Source of the DNA: Patescibacteria group bacterium
GTDB taxonomy: Bacteria > Patescibacteriota > Microgenomatia > Levybacterales > UBA12049
Assembly (NCBI GenBank): GCA_035715145.1
Contig: DASTLH010000033.1
Span: forward strand, 1 to 54,634
Direction: 5' to 3'
Length of the DNA stretch: 54,634 nucleotides
Numbering within the stretch: position 1 is the stretch's first letter; each line of letters begins with the position of its first letter. A program made the position numbers and the translations under genes. The notes beneath the pieces were generated by a model that ran no database searches, was not told the DNA's origin, and saw nothing but the letters and a program-made list of their open reading frames with translations. Positions 8,956-16,741 of the stretch are shown one piece after another.

Positions 8956-11789
8956 GATTTTTTGAAAAAATATTTCTGCCAGTTTTTTTGTGGGTAATTG
9001 TCTTTTTAAATCTTTTGAATTTTTTCTCTGTTCCTGCATTTGCGTGTTTTTTCAATTCTGACTGTAATTGTGACCAGTACTGCACAGGCTGGTTTGGAAG
9101 CTGCAACCATGTAGGCGTATTACAAAATGGAGACTGTGGAGCAGGATATTGGTGTCTTGGCCTAACAACTATTTGGGCATACGCATACCACACATATTAT
9201 CCTCTTTGTGATCTTAGCCATAACAACGATTATACATATGCCCCAGACTGCCAATATTGGACCGGAGCAACTATCAATGGATTCTATGATCAGATGGATC
9301 CAAACGACTCGAGCCAGACTCGCTGGATAGCCACCCAAAGTTGTTCTTCAGTATGTGGATCTGAATGTGGAGCCAGTGGAACCCCTGGGTGTAATACCGG
9401 GCAATCTTGTAATATTGATCCCTATAACACTAACGGCTATATGTGTGGATGTGTTCCTACCTGCCAGGATATTGGGGGATATTGCGCCCCTTCTGGGCAC
9501 GGCTGTGCTACTCACTACAACTTTGCCGACAACAATGCAACTAATACCTGTAATTACCCCAATGATAACTTTTCTGTTTGCTGTACAATAACACCACTTT
9601 GTACTACAGGTATTGCCAATTGTGGATCCTGTCAGGCATCGCAACCATACAACACCTGTGGAACCGCCTATGGAACACAAGCGTGTCAATACACTACCAA
9701 GCCCAATAACCCTGTCTGCGACCCACAAGGGGTGACTATTAGTTGTAACTATAATTATAACAATTGTGATGGAGGTGCCGGCTATGGCTGTGGATCGGGG
9801 AACGTCTGCCGTAAAACCATGGGAGGAAAAGTAACCAACTCAGAGACCGGCGGAGCTATTGGAGGCGTCGTTATCGCAAGTAATATAGGATCAGCCACGA
9901 CTGATGGCAATGGTAATTATAGAGAAGGCGGATTTGGGTACCTCCAATCCTTTAGCTTTAATCCACCAAATAGCAACACACCCTGCAACAATGGCTATAT
10001 TTGTAATGGAGCAGGCGCTGGATCCCCCAACCCTGCGCTCATCTCAGGGACAGTGGGCGGCAGTGGAGATTGTGGAACCAATTGTAACTTTACCTATACC
10101 CCCGGCCACATTGGAGGACACGTCTATGTTGATTACAGCCATGATGGCACATACAATGCCTCTGAGGACACGCCAATTGCCGGCGTCGCTGTCACCTCTA
10201 CGAATCCAAGCAGTGGAAATAAAACAGTTACAACCGATACAAATGGATATTTTGATATAAGCTATCTTGATGATGGAAGTCATACAGTTACTATTCCTAA
10301 TACCTTTACTGATGGGAATGGCCATAAATATGTTGGGGTTGTGACCTCTCACACGGTCACTATTGGACCAAATAATTATTCCCAAATCTTCTTAATTACC
10401 CCTTTGTATGAAATTTCTGGAGTAATTTATAACGACATTGATAAAAACCAATATTATCTTTTACCTGCAGGCAGTGGAGATACTCCATATACTTCAGGCT
10501 CCTCTGGTGTCTCTATTGTGGGAATAGACAGTGCCACAAGCACCAGATCTGATGGAACATTTGATAGTGGTGTTGCTTTGAGAAGTGGTCAGTATACAAT
10601 TACCTATTCCACACTTCCAGCAAATTATAAAATGACCTATCCGATTGGCTCCACTCCTCCCCAATTAACTGTATGGATAGGAACTCCTGGCAAAAGTATT
10701 GCCTGCAACAACAATGGTGTTCACAACGCACAATGTGACGCGTGGGGAGACATTGTTGGAAACACCTCTCAGACGACCGGTGTCGATTTTGGTATCACCA
10801 ATGAGTATTCCCATACTGGTGGCTTCTGTACCGACGTCCGAGATGAAAATACCATTCAGGACTTTATCCCCAACAATCCAACCTGCGGAGTTATGAGTGG
10901 TGCATACGTTATTTATGGGAATATTTCCTGTGTCCCAAATCCAAGTGTGTATTACTCCGGTTCTACTACCGTTGACTTTGGATATGGCAAACCGAATGCC
11001 AATAACTGGCTCATTGGAGGAGCAACATCTGAAAACTTCAGTCCGGTCAACCCAGGCTCGTACCGAACATCCTACTCATACATCAACAGCACTATTGTTA
11101 ATGGAAATATTCCAACAGTTGACCTGAGTACCGTTTGCACACTTACCAATTGCTATCTTCCAGACAACCTGCCAGATGCTATTTATAAAGCTTCCTCTAC
11201 AGTCAGCTTTAATGGAACATATAATACCTCAACAAATACAAATGTGGCTGGGACATATACGTTCCCTCTTAATAAAAGTTATGTCTTCTTAGTAAATGGA
11301 GATATTAATTTCTATTCAAAAATGCTTGTTCCAAATGGCTCTACGGCAACATTTAGTGATAGCGGCAATATTAACGTAGAACCAAATGTTGGAGAAACCA
11401 GTGTTACCTCAACTATGGGAGATTTAGAAGGATTTTACAGTGCTGATAATTCATTTAATATTCTGTCTAGCTATATTGATACAACTCGATGCAATCCAGA
11501 CGGCACAACAAAAGACTTACGATTTAACCTTATTGGCTCAGCTGTTGCCAACGTTGGAGGAGCAGGCGGAACCTTTAACAATATGAGAGACCTTTGTGTC
11601 TCAGATTTACAATGTCCTGCCGTAACTGGTGGAACAGGAGACGGCGGAGACAATGGTGGAGGCAGTGGCGGACCAACAGGCGGCGGCAGCGGAAGTACTA
11701 CCGGAACAGATCTTGGACTCACTTACATTTTGAATGCACCAGATGTCATTAAACATCCTAATTTCTTCTGGCAAGAATTGACTCCGTAA
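8952..11789 (+). CDS. large Cys-rich surface protein with SdrD-B/CarboxypepD_reg-like beta-sandwich repeats
   Basis: The ATG at 8952 gives the signal peptide MRFFEKIFLPVFLWVIVFLNLLNFFSVPAFA. A Cys-rich ~300-aa N-terminal region follows. GHVYVDYSHDGTYNASEDTPIAGVAVT...TDTNGYFDI and GVIYNDIDKNQ fit SdrD B-like repeats. The tail is Gly-rich. Confidence 0.8.
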   Translation: MRFFEKIFLPVFLWVIVFLNLLNFFSVPAFACFFNSDCNCDQYCTGWFGSCNHVGVLQNGDCGAGYWCLGLTTIWAYAYHTYYPLCDLSHNNDYTYAPDCQYWTGATINGFYDQMDPNDSSQTRWIATQSCSSVCGSECGASGTPGCNTGQSCNIDPYNTNGYMCGCVPTCQDIGGYCAPSGHGCATHYNFADNNATNTCNYPNDNFSVCCTITPLCTTGIANCGSCQASQPYNTCGTAYGTQACQYTTKPNNPVCDPQGVTISCNYNYNNCDGGAGYGCGSGNVCRKTMGGKVTNSETGGAIGGVVIASNIGSATTDGNGNYREGGFGYLQSFSFNPPNSNTPCNNGYICNGAGAGSPNPALISGTVGGSGDCGTNCNFTYTPGHIGGHVYVDYSHDGTYNASEDTPIAGVAVTSTNPSSGNKTVTTDTNGYFDISYLDDGSHTVTIPNTFTDGNGHKYVGVVTSHTVTIGPNNYSQIFLITPLYEISGVIYNDIDKNQYYLLPAGSGDTPYTSGSSGVSIVGIDSATSTRSDGTFDSGVALRSGQYTITYSTLPANYKMTYPIGSTPPQLTVWIGTPGKSIACNNNGVHNAQCDAWGDIVGNTSQTTGVDFGITNEYSHTGGFCTDVRDENTIQDFIPNNPTCGVMSGAYVIYGNISCVPNPSVYYSGSTTVDFGYGKPNANNWLIGGATSENFSPVNPGSYRTSYSYINSTIVNGNIPTVDLSTVCTLTNCYLPDNLPDAIYKASSTVSFNGTYNTSTNTNVAGTYTFPLNKSYVFLVNGDINFYSKMLVPNGSTATFSDSGNINVEPNVGETSVTSTMGDLEGFYSADNSFNILSSYIDTTRCNPDGTTKDLRFNLIGSAVANVGGAGGTFNNMRDLCVSDLQCPAVTGGTGDGGDNGGGSGGPTGGGSGSTTGTDLGLTYILNAPDVIKHPNFFWQELTP

Positions 11790-11792
11790 TCA

Positions 11793-11823
11793 TTGACAAG
11801 AAGTCATTTCCGTGTTGTATACT
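11793..11823 (+). promoter_or_regulatory. possible promoter TTGACA-N19-TATACT
   Basis: TTGACA 11793-11798 and TATACT 11818-11823. The spacer is longer than optimal. It would drive the candidate structured RNA downstream. Confidence 0.3.
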
Positions 11824-11829
11824 AATCTT

Positions 11830-12024
11830 GCTCTTTGATATTCGAGAATAGGCGCAATTTTTCTCTACAACTTTTCCATCTAGAGGTATCAGCCTAGCTG
11901 AGACGAGGAAAGATATGTAAGTTTTCGGATTTGCATTGTTCCTCCCTGTTATGTGTACCTAGGGAAAATCGTCTATCCCCGATATAAAAGAGCGAACTTA
12001 TTCTTTGTGCACTGAGCACTTTTT
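11830..12024 (+). ncRNA. candidate structured small RNA of unknown family
   Basis: No ORF in a 347-nt gap. GCTCTTTGATAT (11830-41) pairs with ATATAAAAGAGC (11982-93) at 11 of 12 positions. Internal hairpins: GTATCAGC-CTA-GCTGAGAC and GAGGAA...ATGTAA-loop-TTGCAT...TTCCTC. A weak GTGC/GCAC hairpin plus T-run lies at 12007-12024. Confidence 0.25.
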
Positions 12025-12055
12025 ATTGTCTTCCTTTTATTGTTTTCTTTTGTTG

Positions 12056-12085
12056 TTGCCCCTGAAGGCTATTTTTTGGTAAAAT
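12056..12085 (+). promoter_or_regulatory. probable tRNA-operon promoter (TTGCCC-N18-TGgTAAAAT)
   Basis: Extended -10 TGGTAAAAT at 12077-12085, about 50 nt upstream of tRNA-Thr. Confidence 0.4.
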
Positions 12086-12136
12086 TGTGAGTACGTCTTA
12101 GTTGGAGAAACCAAGAACAAAACTAAGCGGACCATT

Positions 12137-12211
12137 GCCGAGATAGCTCAGCGGTAGAGCAACTGTTTTGTAAACAGTAGGTCCCGGGTTCAAATCCCGG
12201 TCTCGGCTCCA
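12137..12211 (+). tRNA. tRNA-Thr (anticodon UGU), CCA encoded
   Basis: Hand-folded cloverleaf: acceptor GCCGAGA/TCTCGGC, D arm GCTC/GAGC, anticodon arm ACTGT-TTTGTAA-ACAGT, T arm CCGGG-TTCAAAT-CCCGG, discriminator T then CCA. Confidence 0.9.
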
Positions 12212-12214
12212 CGT

Positions 12215-12299
12215 GCTGAGTTGGCGGAGTAGTCAATCGCACCTGACTGTAGATCAGGCGACCGAAAGGTCTACGGGAGTGCAAATCTCTCACTCAGCA
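12215..12299 (+). tRNA. tRNA-Tyr (anticodon GUA), class II with long variable arm
   Basis: 85 nt: acceptor GCTGAGT/ACTCAGC, anticodon arm CCTGA-CTGTAGA-TCAGG, variable arm GACC-GAAA-GGTC, T arm GGGAG-TGCAAAT-CTCTC. The T loop reads TGC rather than TTC. Confidence 0.9.
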
Positions 12300-12325
12300 C
12301 ACGTGTTAGAAGTAAGCCAGTTTCC

Positions 12326-12397
12326 GCCGAAGTGGCTCAGTGGTAGAGCGAGTTCTTGGTAAGAACTAGGTCATGGGTCCGATTCCCATCTTCGGCT
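12326..12397 (+). tRNA. tRNA-Thr (anticodon GGU)
   Basis: 72 nt: acceptor GCCGAAG/CTTCGGC, anticodon arm AGTTC-TTGGTAA-GAACT, T arm ATGGG-TCCGATT-CCCAT. The T loop reads TCC rather than TTC. Confidence 0.9.
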
Positions 12398-12440
12398 CAA
12401 CATGATATAATGCACAAAGTCTTTAGAAAGGAGGACAATA

Positions 12441-12617
12441 ATGCCAAAAAAAGGAGATCACCGGGTCCAATTAGGACTCACCTGTACAGTTTGCAAACAT
12501 CGCAACTATGTTACAACTCGAAACAAGCTCAATACTGCTGAAAAGCTGGTCTTGAAAAAGTTTTGTAGTGTTTGTAAAAAAGTCACAGAACATAAAGAAA
12601 CAGAAAAGCTCAAGTAA
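12441..12617 (+). CDS. rpmG: 50S ribosomal protein L33 (Cys4 zinc-ribbon form)
   Basis: 58-aa ORF below the ORF-track cutoff: MPKKGDHRVQLGLTCTVCKHRNYVTTRNKLNTAEKLVLKKFCSVCKKVTEHKETEKLK. AAAGGAGGA Shine-Dalgarno about 7 nt upstream. Classic tRNA-rpmG-tRNA-Trp context. Confidence 0.9.
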   Translation: MPKKGDHRVQLGLTCTVCKHRNYVTTRNKLNTAEKLVLKKFCSVCKKVTEHKETEKLK

Positions 12618-12692
12618 TGCTTTGAATTTGGACGACGTAACCGTGACTGCTCTCACAGTTATATCAGAAGGCACCCTTGGGCTTTTTCATAC

Positions 12693-12763
12693 GGGGGTGT
12701 CGGTTAACGGTAAACCAGCGGTCTCCAAAACCGCAACTGGGGGTTCGATTCCCTCCACCCCTG
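12693..12763 (+). tRNA. tRNA-Trp (anticodon CCA)
   Basis: 71 nt: acceptor GGGGGTG/CACCCCT, anticodon arm GCGGT-CTCCAAA-ACCGC, T arm GGGGG-TTCGATT-CCCTC, discriminator G. Confidence 0.9.
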
Positions 12764-12774
12764 CTTAGTAAAAA

Positions 12775-12798
12775 CTCAGACTTTTGTCTGAGCTTTTT
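12775..12798. terminator. bidirectional rho-independent terminator
   Basis: AAAA-CTCAGAC-TTTT-GTCTGAG-CTTTTT: a 7-bp stem flanked by an A-run and a T-run. It can serve both the tRNA/rpmG operon and the convergent DinB-like gene. Confidence 0.7.
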
Positions 12799-12846
12799 AG
12801 TAATTAGGACTGGAATCGAAGCGCCGCTTCAAAGAAGCTAGTCCCC

Positions 12847-12866
12847 TTGGGGGAATTCCCTCCACC
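12847..12866 (+). repeat. degenerate copy of the tRNA-Trp T-arm/acceptor 3' end
   Basis: TTGGGGGAATTCCCTCCACC compared with tRNA-Trp CTGGGGGTTCGATTCCCTCCACC. The 12-mer ATTCCCTCCACC is identical at 12748-12759 and 12855-12866. Confidence 0.5.
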
Positions 12867-12949
12867 TTGCAAGACTTTAACCTCAACTTTTACATTACCG
12901 CTACGAAATTGAACGTATATAACAAAATATTTAAGAAATTATGAGGAAA

Positions 12950-13483
12950 TTAAAAAGGATAACCCTTGAGACCTTGTATTCCTTTTAGGACCGCAATCTC
13001 TCCCATTATGGGATAGACATGACCACTAATTAAGTTTGCTATAAAATCATATGTCTTTCTGGTGCCCATACCAAATGAACTCATATCAACATCCTTTTCT
13101 AAATCTTCATCCATTAAAGATGCTACATACATCTCATTTTCTGAAAAAACTGCCTTTGCATATTGATTAAACTGTTTTATGTCTAACTTTACAGCCTTCA
13201 ACCACTTAGGATATTCAACCTGCCAATCATCAGGTTGGATTTCACTTGCCCCAGTTTTATTATTAAAAGTTGTTTCAAATAAGGGTTTGGACTTTGTAAG
13301 AAAATTATGAAGAAATAAATCCTCTGTAAACACCAAATGAGCATATGTTCCAGCAATCGGGTTTGCCGTTCCGGGAGGCATAAAATGCGCAACTTCATCT
13401 GTAACTCCTTCCATAGTCTGTTCAAGCGCACTATGTGCAGCTTTCAGCTGATTCAGAAGAATTTCAACTCCAAAACTTTTCAT
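12950..13483 (-). CDS. DinB-family (DinB_2-like) four-helix-bundle protein
   Basis: N-terminal LKAAHSALEQTMEGVTDEVAHFMPPGTANPIAGTYAHLVFTED and C-terminal HVYPIMGEIAVLKG fit the DinB His-triad layout. Start taken at MKSFGVE; the upstream ATG at 13504 is also possible. Confidence 0.7.
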   Translation of the reverse strand: MKSFGVEILLNQLKAAHSALEQTMEGVTDEVAHFMPPGTANPIAGTYAHLVFTEDLFLHNFLTKSKPLFETTFNNKTGASEIQPDDWQVEYPKWLKAVKLDIKQFNQYAKAVFSENEMYVASLMDEDLEKDVDMSSFGMGTRKTYDFIANLISGHVYPIMGEIAVLKGIQGLKGYPF

Positions 13484-13611
13484 AAACCTAGTATAACATG
13501 ACAACTCCGGTAAAAATAGGTTTCAACAAAATTACTCAGTTCTTGCAAGGTGTTTAGCCTCAAATTTTTTCCACTTTTCCAAAAAAACGGCTCAGATCAA
13601 ATTCCACCATA

Positions 13612-13641
13612 TTGACAACTTCTATAGGCTGTTGATATAGT
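13612..13641 (+). promoter_or_regulatory. sigma70-like promoter TTGACA-N18-TATAGT, 10 nt before ATG 13652
   Basis: TTGACA 13612-13617, TATAGT 13636-13641. The GTG at 13640 listed in the ORF track lies inside the -10 box, so ATG 13652 is preferred. Confidence 0.55.
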
Positions 13642-13651
13642 GTACTGTACT

Positions 13652-14872
13652 ATGGCATCACCTGAAATACTTGCTTCAAGACGACAAGAATATCTCCGAC
13701 AACCATTTTTGGGACAACCCATGAATACAAGAACCCTCCAAGAAGTAAAAAGTGTTATTGGAAAAGACGCAAGACTTATTGGTGAAGGTAATGCGCAAAA
13801 ACTTATTTTTTCAACGACCGGTACCGACCCATTTACAAATGAACAGGTATCAAGTGTTACTACCTATAATAACAATGGATTTATTGAAAGTATCCGCAGT
13901 AGCAGAGAAGGTCACCCCACAACTCTTGTTGAATTTTCATACAGGGTGTATGAGGGTCCACAGGCACAAGCAAGTAATGAAAGCAGGTATGAGGTAGCCC
14001 AAACACAAACATATCTTGAAACAGAAGGTACTCGTCGCAAACCAATGCAAAGAGAACCAATAGAAAGAGCAAATTTTGCTTGGGTTGAAGAAGAAGATGC
14101 TAGTGGACAAAAGAGAAAGATGCTAGAAAGATCTTTTAAAAGCTATGAAGGAAGTCCATTAAAAGACCGTCTGGACGAAGCAGCTTACAAAGGCATGCCA
14201 GGATATGGCTCGGCTCAAACGAATGCAGAGACAGTAATTACGCAAGCTCGAGAACTTGGGGCAATACATCCGAGTTATAAAGTAATTGATGGTCAAAATG
14301 GAAATACAGTTGTTGAAGTGTTAATGCCAAGTAAGTCTGAGTTATCAATTAGCCCTGTCAGAAATTTTGTCATTCGCAAAACATTTGACCAACAAGGAGT
14401 GATTACGCAGGTAGAAATGTTATCGCAACCACTTCGTCCTGATATAGACCCCATTAGATCTGATGTTATCACGTATTCCTATGATGATGGTTATATGACG
14501 TCAGTGAGTCAAAAAAATAGCCAGAGCACAGATTCCCAGTTTTATGCTTTTTCACACAAAAGAAACTTAGTTGGACCAACCGGACCAGTTGTAGTAGTAG
14601 ATGAATTAAAAGGAGGAAGCGGAGCCGATATACAGACCGCTCAGATGAGCACAATAGTATCTTTAGATATGCTAACACACAACAGAGATATTGATTTAGA
14701 AGCACAAACATACCTCGGTTTTGTAGGCTCTCAAATGACAGATGAAACCTTGCCTGATGGAACGCTCATCAGACACATTAAAGCCTCCACATTACCTCAA
14801 GGACAAGAGTTGCGTATTGAAAACCCAGGACCAAACGGTCAATTATCTGTTGGTTTAATTTCACAAAATTAA
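13652..14872 (+). CDS. hypothetical soluble protein with degenerate YD/RHS-like repeats
   Basis: 406 aa. VTTYNNNGFIESIRS, IRKTFDQQGVITQVEM and DVITYSYDDGYMTSVSQ resemble the YxYDxxGxL YD-repeat consensus. No signal peptide. Confidence 0.6.
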   Translation: MASPEILASRRQEYLRQPFLGQPMNTRTLQEVKSVIGKDARLIGEGNAQKLIFSTTGTDPFTNEQVSSVTTYNNNGFIESIRSSREGHPTTLVEFSYRVYEGPQAQASNESRYEVAQTQTYLETEGTRRKPMQREPIERANFAWVEEEDASGQKRKMLERSFKSYEGSPLKDRLDEAAYKGMPGYGSAQTNAETVITQARELGAIHPSYKVIDGQNGNTVVEVLMPSKSELSISPVRNFVIRKTFDQQGVITQVEMLSQPLRPDIDPIRSDVITYSYDDGYMTSVSQKNSQSTDSQFYAFSHKRNLVGPTGPVVVVDELKGGSGADIQTAQMSTIVSLDMLTHNRDIDLEAQTYLGFVGSQMTDETLPDGTLIRHIKASTLPQGQELRIENPGPNGQLSVGLISQN

Positions 14873-14938
14873 AAAATCACGCATTCTCACAAAACAATCC
14901 ACCATAAAATTCTTTCTCTTCTCGAGATACACTATAGG

Positions 14939-14967
14939 TTGATAATTCCTCTCGTTTTTGTTACAAT
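14939..14967 (+). promoter_or_regulatory. sigma70-like promoter TTGATA-N17-TACAAT, 10 nt before ATG 14978
   Basis: TTGATA 14939-14944, TACAAT 14962-14967. The TTG start at 14939 in the ORF track coincides with the -35 box, so ATG 14978 is preferred. Confidence 0.55.
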
Positions 14968-14977
14968 TCTGGACATT

Positions 14978-15541
14978 ATGGCAGATAGAGAAAGATTACA
15001 TGGCTCACCTACCCTTGCAGAAGTCGCAAATAGCTCTTTTGATAACCCAGATGTTTACCATCGTATGCATGCAAGCGGACTTGGTGGAGGAGACTGTTTT
15101 GCGAATACCCAAAGGCTTATTCATGCAGCACAAAATGCAGGAGTAGACCTGAGTCACGTCGAAACAGTCGATATGTGGTATGAACCAATCGAGCCTCACT
15201 TTTTAGTTGTCGCAAATGACATGCTCCGCTCCGAAGAAGACAAGCAGCCGCATGGGCACACCCAGTGGAACGAACACGCCTTCTTAGTAGAAAGACGCGT
15301 TGGGCAAAACCCACGAGTATATGACTTATCAAACCTCAGAGATAATATGGGAATGGACATGAAAACATACCTTGAGAGACTGCTTGAATGGGAACTGACA
15401 TACAATTATGAAGCACGAAGACAAGTACAATTAGTAAGTGTCCCGGCAAGTCAGTTTGTTGACTTAAAATTTCCTAATCGATATGAATTAGGAAAAGAAT
15501 TTAGACAAGAAACACTAGGCCAAGTACTCGATAACTATTGA
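14978..15541 (+). CDS. hypothetical protein with possible transglutaminase/papain-fold Cys-His-Asp triad
   Basis: 187 aa. GGGDCFANTQRLIHAAQNAGV (Cys40), NEHAFLVERR (His100) and RVYDLS (Asp116). Order and spacing resemble transglutaminase-like cysteine peptidases (GxCxxFA...HAWxE...D). Confidence 0.55.
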   Translation: MADRERLHGSPTLAEVANSSFDNPDVYHRMHASGLGGGDCFANTQRLIHAAQNAGVDLSHVETVDMWYEPIEPHFLVVANDMLRSEEDKQPHGHTQWNEHAFLVERRVGQNPRVYDLSNLRDNMGMDMKTYLERLLEWELTYNYEARRQVQLVSVPASQFVDLKFPNRYELGKEFRQETLGQVLDNY

Positions 15542-15670
15542 CGTGATAGTTTCAACGATAGATTTCTGGAAAAATAAGTTTCAACAAATTTTCTCAGCGC
15601 ATGCTTGTAAAAACTCAGACATTTACCCTGAAATTTTTGTGGGGAGTAACAGGAAGATAAAATCCTACTA

Positions 15671-16552
15671 CTAAAAAGACAACTCCTCCCCAACAAGAGA
15701 GGTAATTGGAGAAACATCTAGATTACTATTGGAGATAAGTATAGCCGGTCCAAACAATGGGTATTCTGTCCCAAATGCAGTCATGATTCTTCCTCCAGCC
15801 TCTCTAGCTATTACTACTGCTGCTGCCATATCCCATGGCTTAGTACAAAGATGGAGAAATGCATCTTTTTTTCCTTCTGCAACTTGCATAGCCTCTATTA
15901 CCTGACTTCCAAGTGTTTCTGCTTGCATTGAAGTTTCTGTTTCAATCCGTTCTATAACTCGTGCACTTGAAAAAAACGCTTCCTTATCTTTTGGATAAGG
16001 AGAAGAATAGATAAGCTTAGCACCTGCTAAAGAGTGTATGTTTGAAACATGTATCCTTTTCCCATTCATATAAGCTCCCTTTCCTTTTTCAGCATAGTAT
16101 ATTTTTTGAAGCTGTGGTTGAAAAATAACACCCGCAACCAATTCTCCATTTTTCATAATCCCAACTGACACCCCCCAGTAAGGATTTTTTTTTGATTCAT
16201 CCATTTCTAGATATCCACTATAATAATTGCTTGTTCCATCAATTGGATCAATTATGGCTACCATTCCCTGAGCTTTCAGATCAATTCCGTGAGTTTCTGT
16301 GCGCTCCTCATCTAAAACGGCTATCCCTGGAAATAGTACTCCCAAAGATTTTTTTAATGCTTCTGAGACGTACCTATCTCCTTGAGTTACCAAATCTTCT
16401 TTTGTTGACTTTACCTGAGCACGTAGGCCTTGCTCTCTTACTTCAAGTGCAAGATTACCAGCAGATATAACTGCATTAAATACATCGGGGACAATAATTT
16501 CCCCATGAAATTCTTCAGGAGTAAGAGAAAGAGAGTGTGATTCTAGTGACAT
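15671..16552 (-). CDS. inositol monophosphatase family protein
   Basis: IMPase motifs DPIDGTSNY and WDMAAAVVIAREAGG. Start placed at MSLESHS because the upstream ATG overlaps the -10 box. Confidence 0.85.
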   Translation of the reverse strand: MSLESHSLSLTPEEFHGEIIVPDVFNAVISAGNLALEVREQGLRAQVKSTKEDLVTQGDRYVSEALKKSLGVLFPGIAVLDEERTETHGIDLKAQGMVAIIDPIDGTSNYYSGYLEMDESKKNPYWGVSVGIMKNGELVAGVIFQPQLQKIYYAEKGKGAYMNGKRIHVSNIHSLAGAKLIYSSPYPKDKEAFFSSARVIERIETETSMQAETLGSQVIEAMQVAEGKKDAFLHLCTKPWDMAAAVVIAREAGGRIMTAFGTEYPLFGPAILISNSNLDVSPITSLVGEELSF

Positions 16553-16559
16553 TAAATAA

Positions 16560-16568
16560 ATTATACCA
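16560..16568 (-). promoter_or_regulatory. extended -10 element (TGgTATAAT) 7 nt upstream of ATG 16552
   Basis: Minus strand reads TGGTATAAT-TTATTTA-ATG. Confidence 0.5.
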
Positions 16569-16741
16569 AACATACCTATTAGCTTTTGCTAAAAACTCCA
16601 AACTCACATTCACCCATGAAGGATTGATTCCAAAATTTGAGTGCTATAACGGGGGCTCAGAGGGTTGGAGATATTATATCAACACCAGTTTGTATACCTT
16701 CATTACCACTGGAAAAACAGAGTCAGTTAAATAAACACACA

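Noticed and set aside
9348-11722. Several 65-126-aa ORFs on both strands within 9.3-11.7 kb
   Set aside because: They are embedded in the 945-aa surface-protein gene. Their Gly/Pro/Cys-rich translations are the mirror of that gene's biased composition.
11904-11911. GAGGAAAG resembling the RNase P RNA CR-I motif
   Set aside because: It is followed by AUAU rather than UCC. No CR-IV/CR-V (ACAnAAnnCGGCUUA-like) element or P4 partner was found, and the available space is too short for a type-A RNase P RNA.
12356-12768. ORFs 12356-12541, 12471-12674 and 12568-12768
   Set aside because: They overlap tRNA-Thr(GGU), rpmG or tRNA-Trp, and the real features explain the sequence.
14931-14941. Exact 11-mer ACTATAGGTTG shared by the -35 regions at 14931 and 29910
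   Set aside because: Exact 11-mer repeats are expected many times by chance in a 54-kb window, and there is no extended similarity around them.
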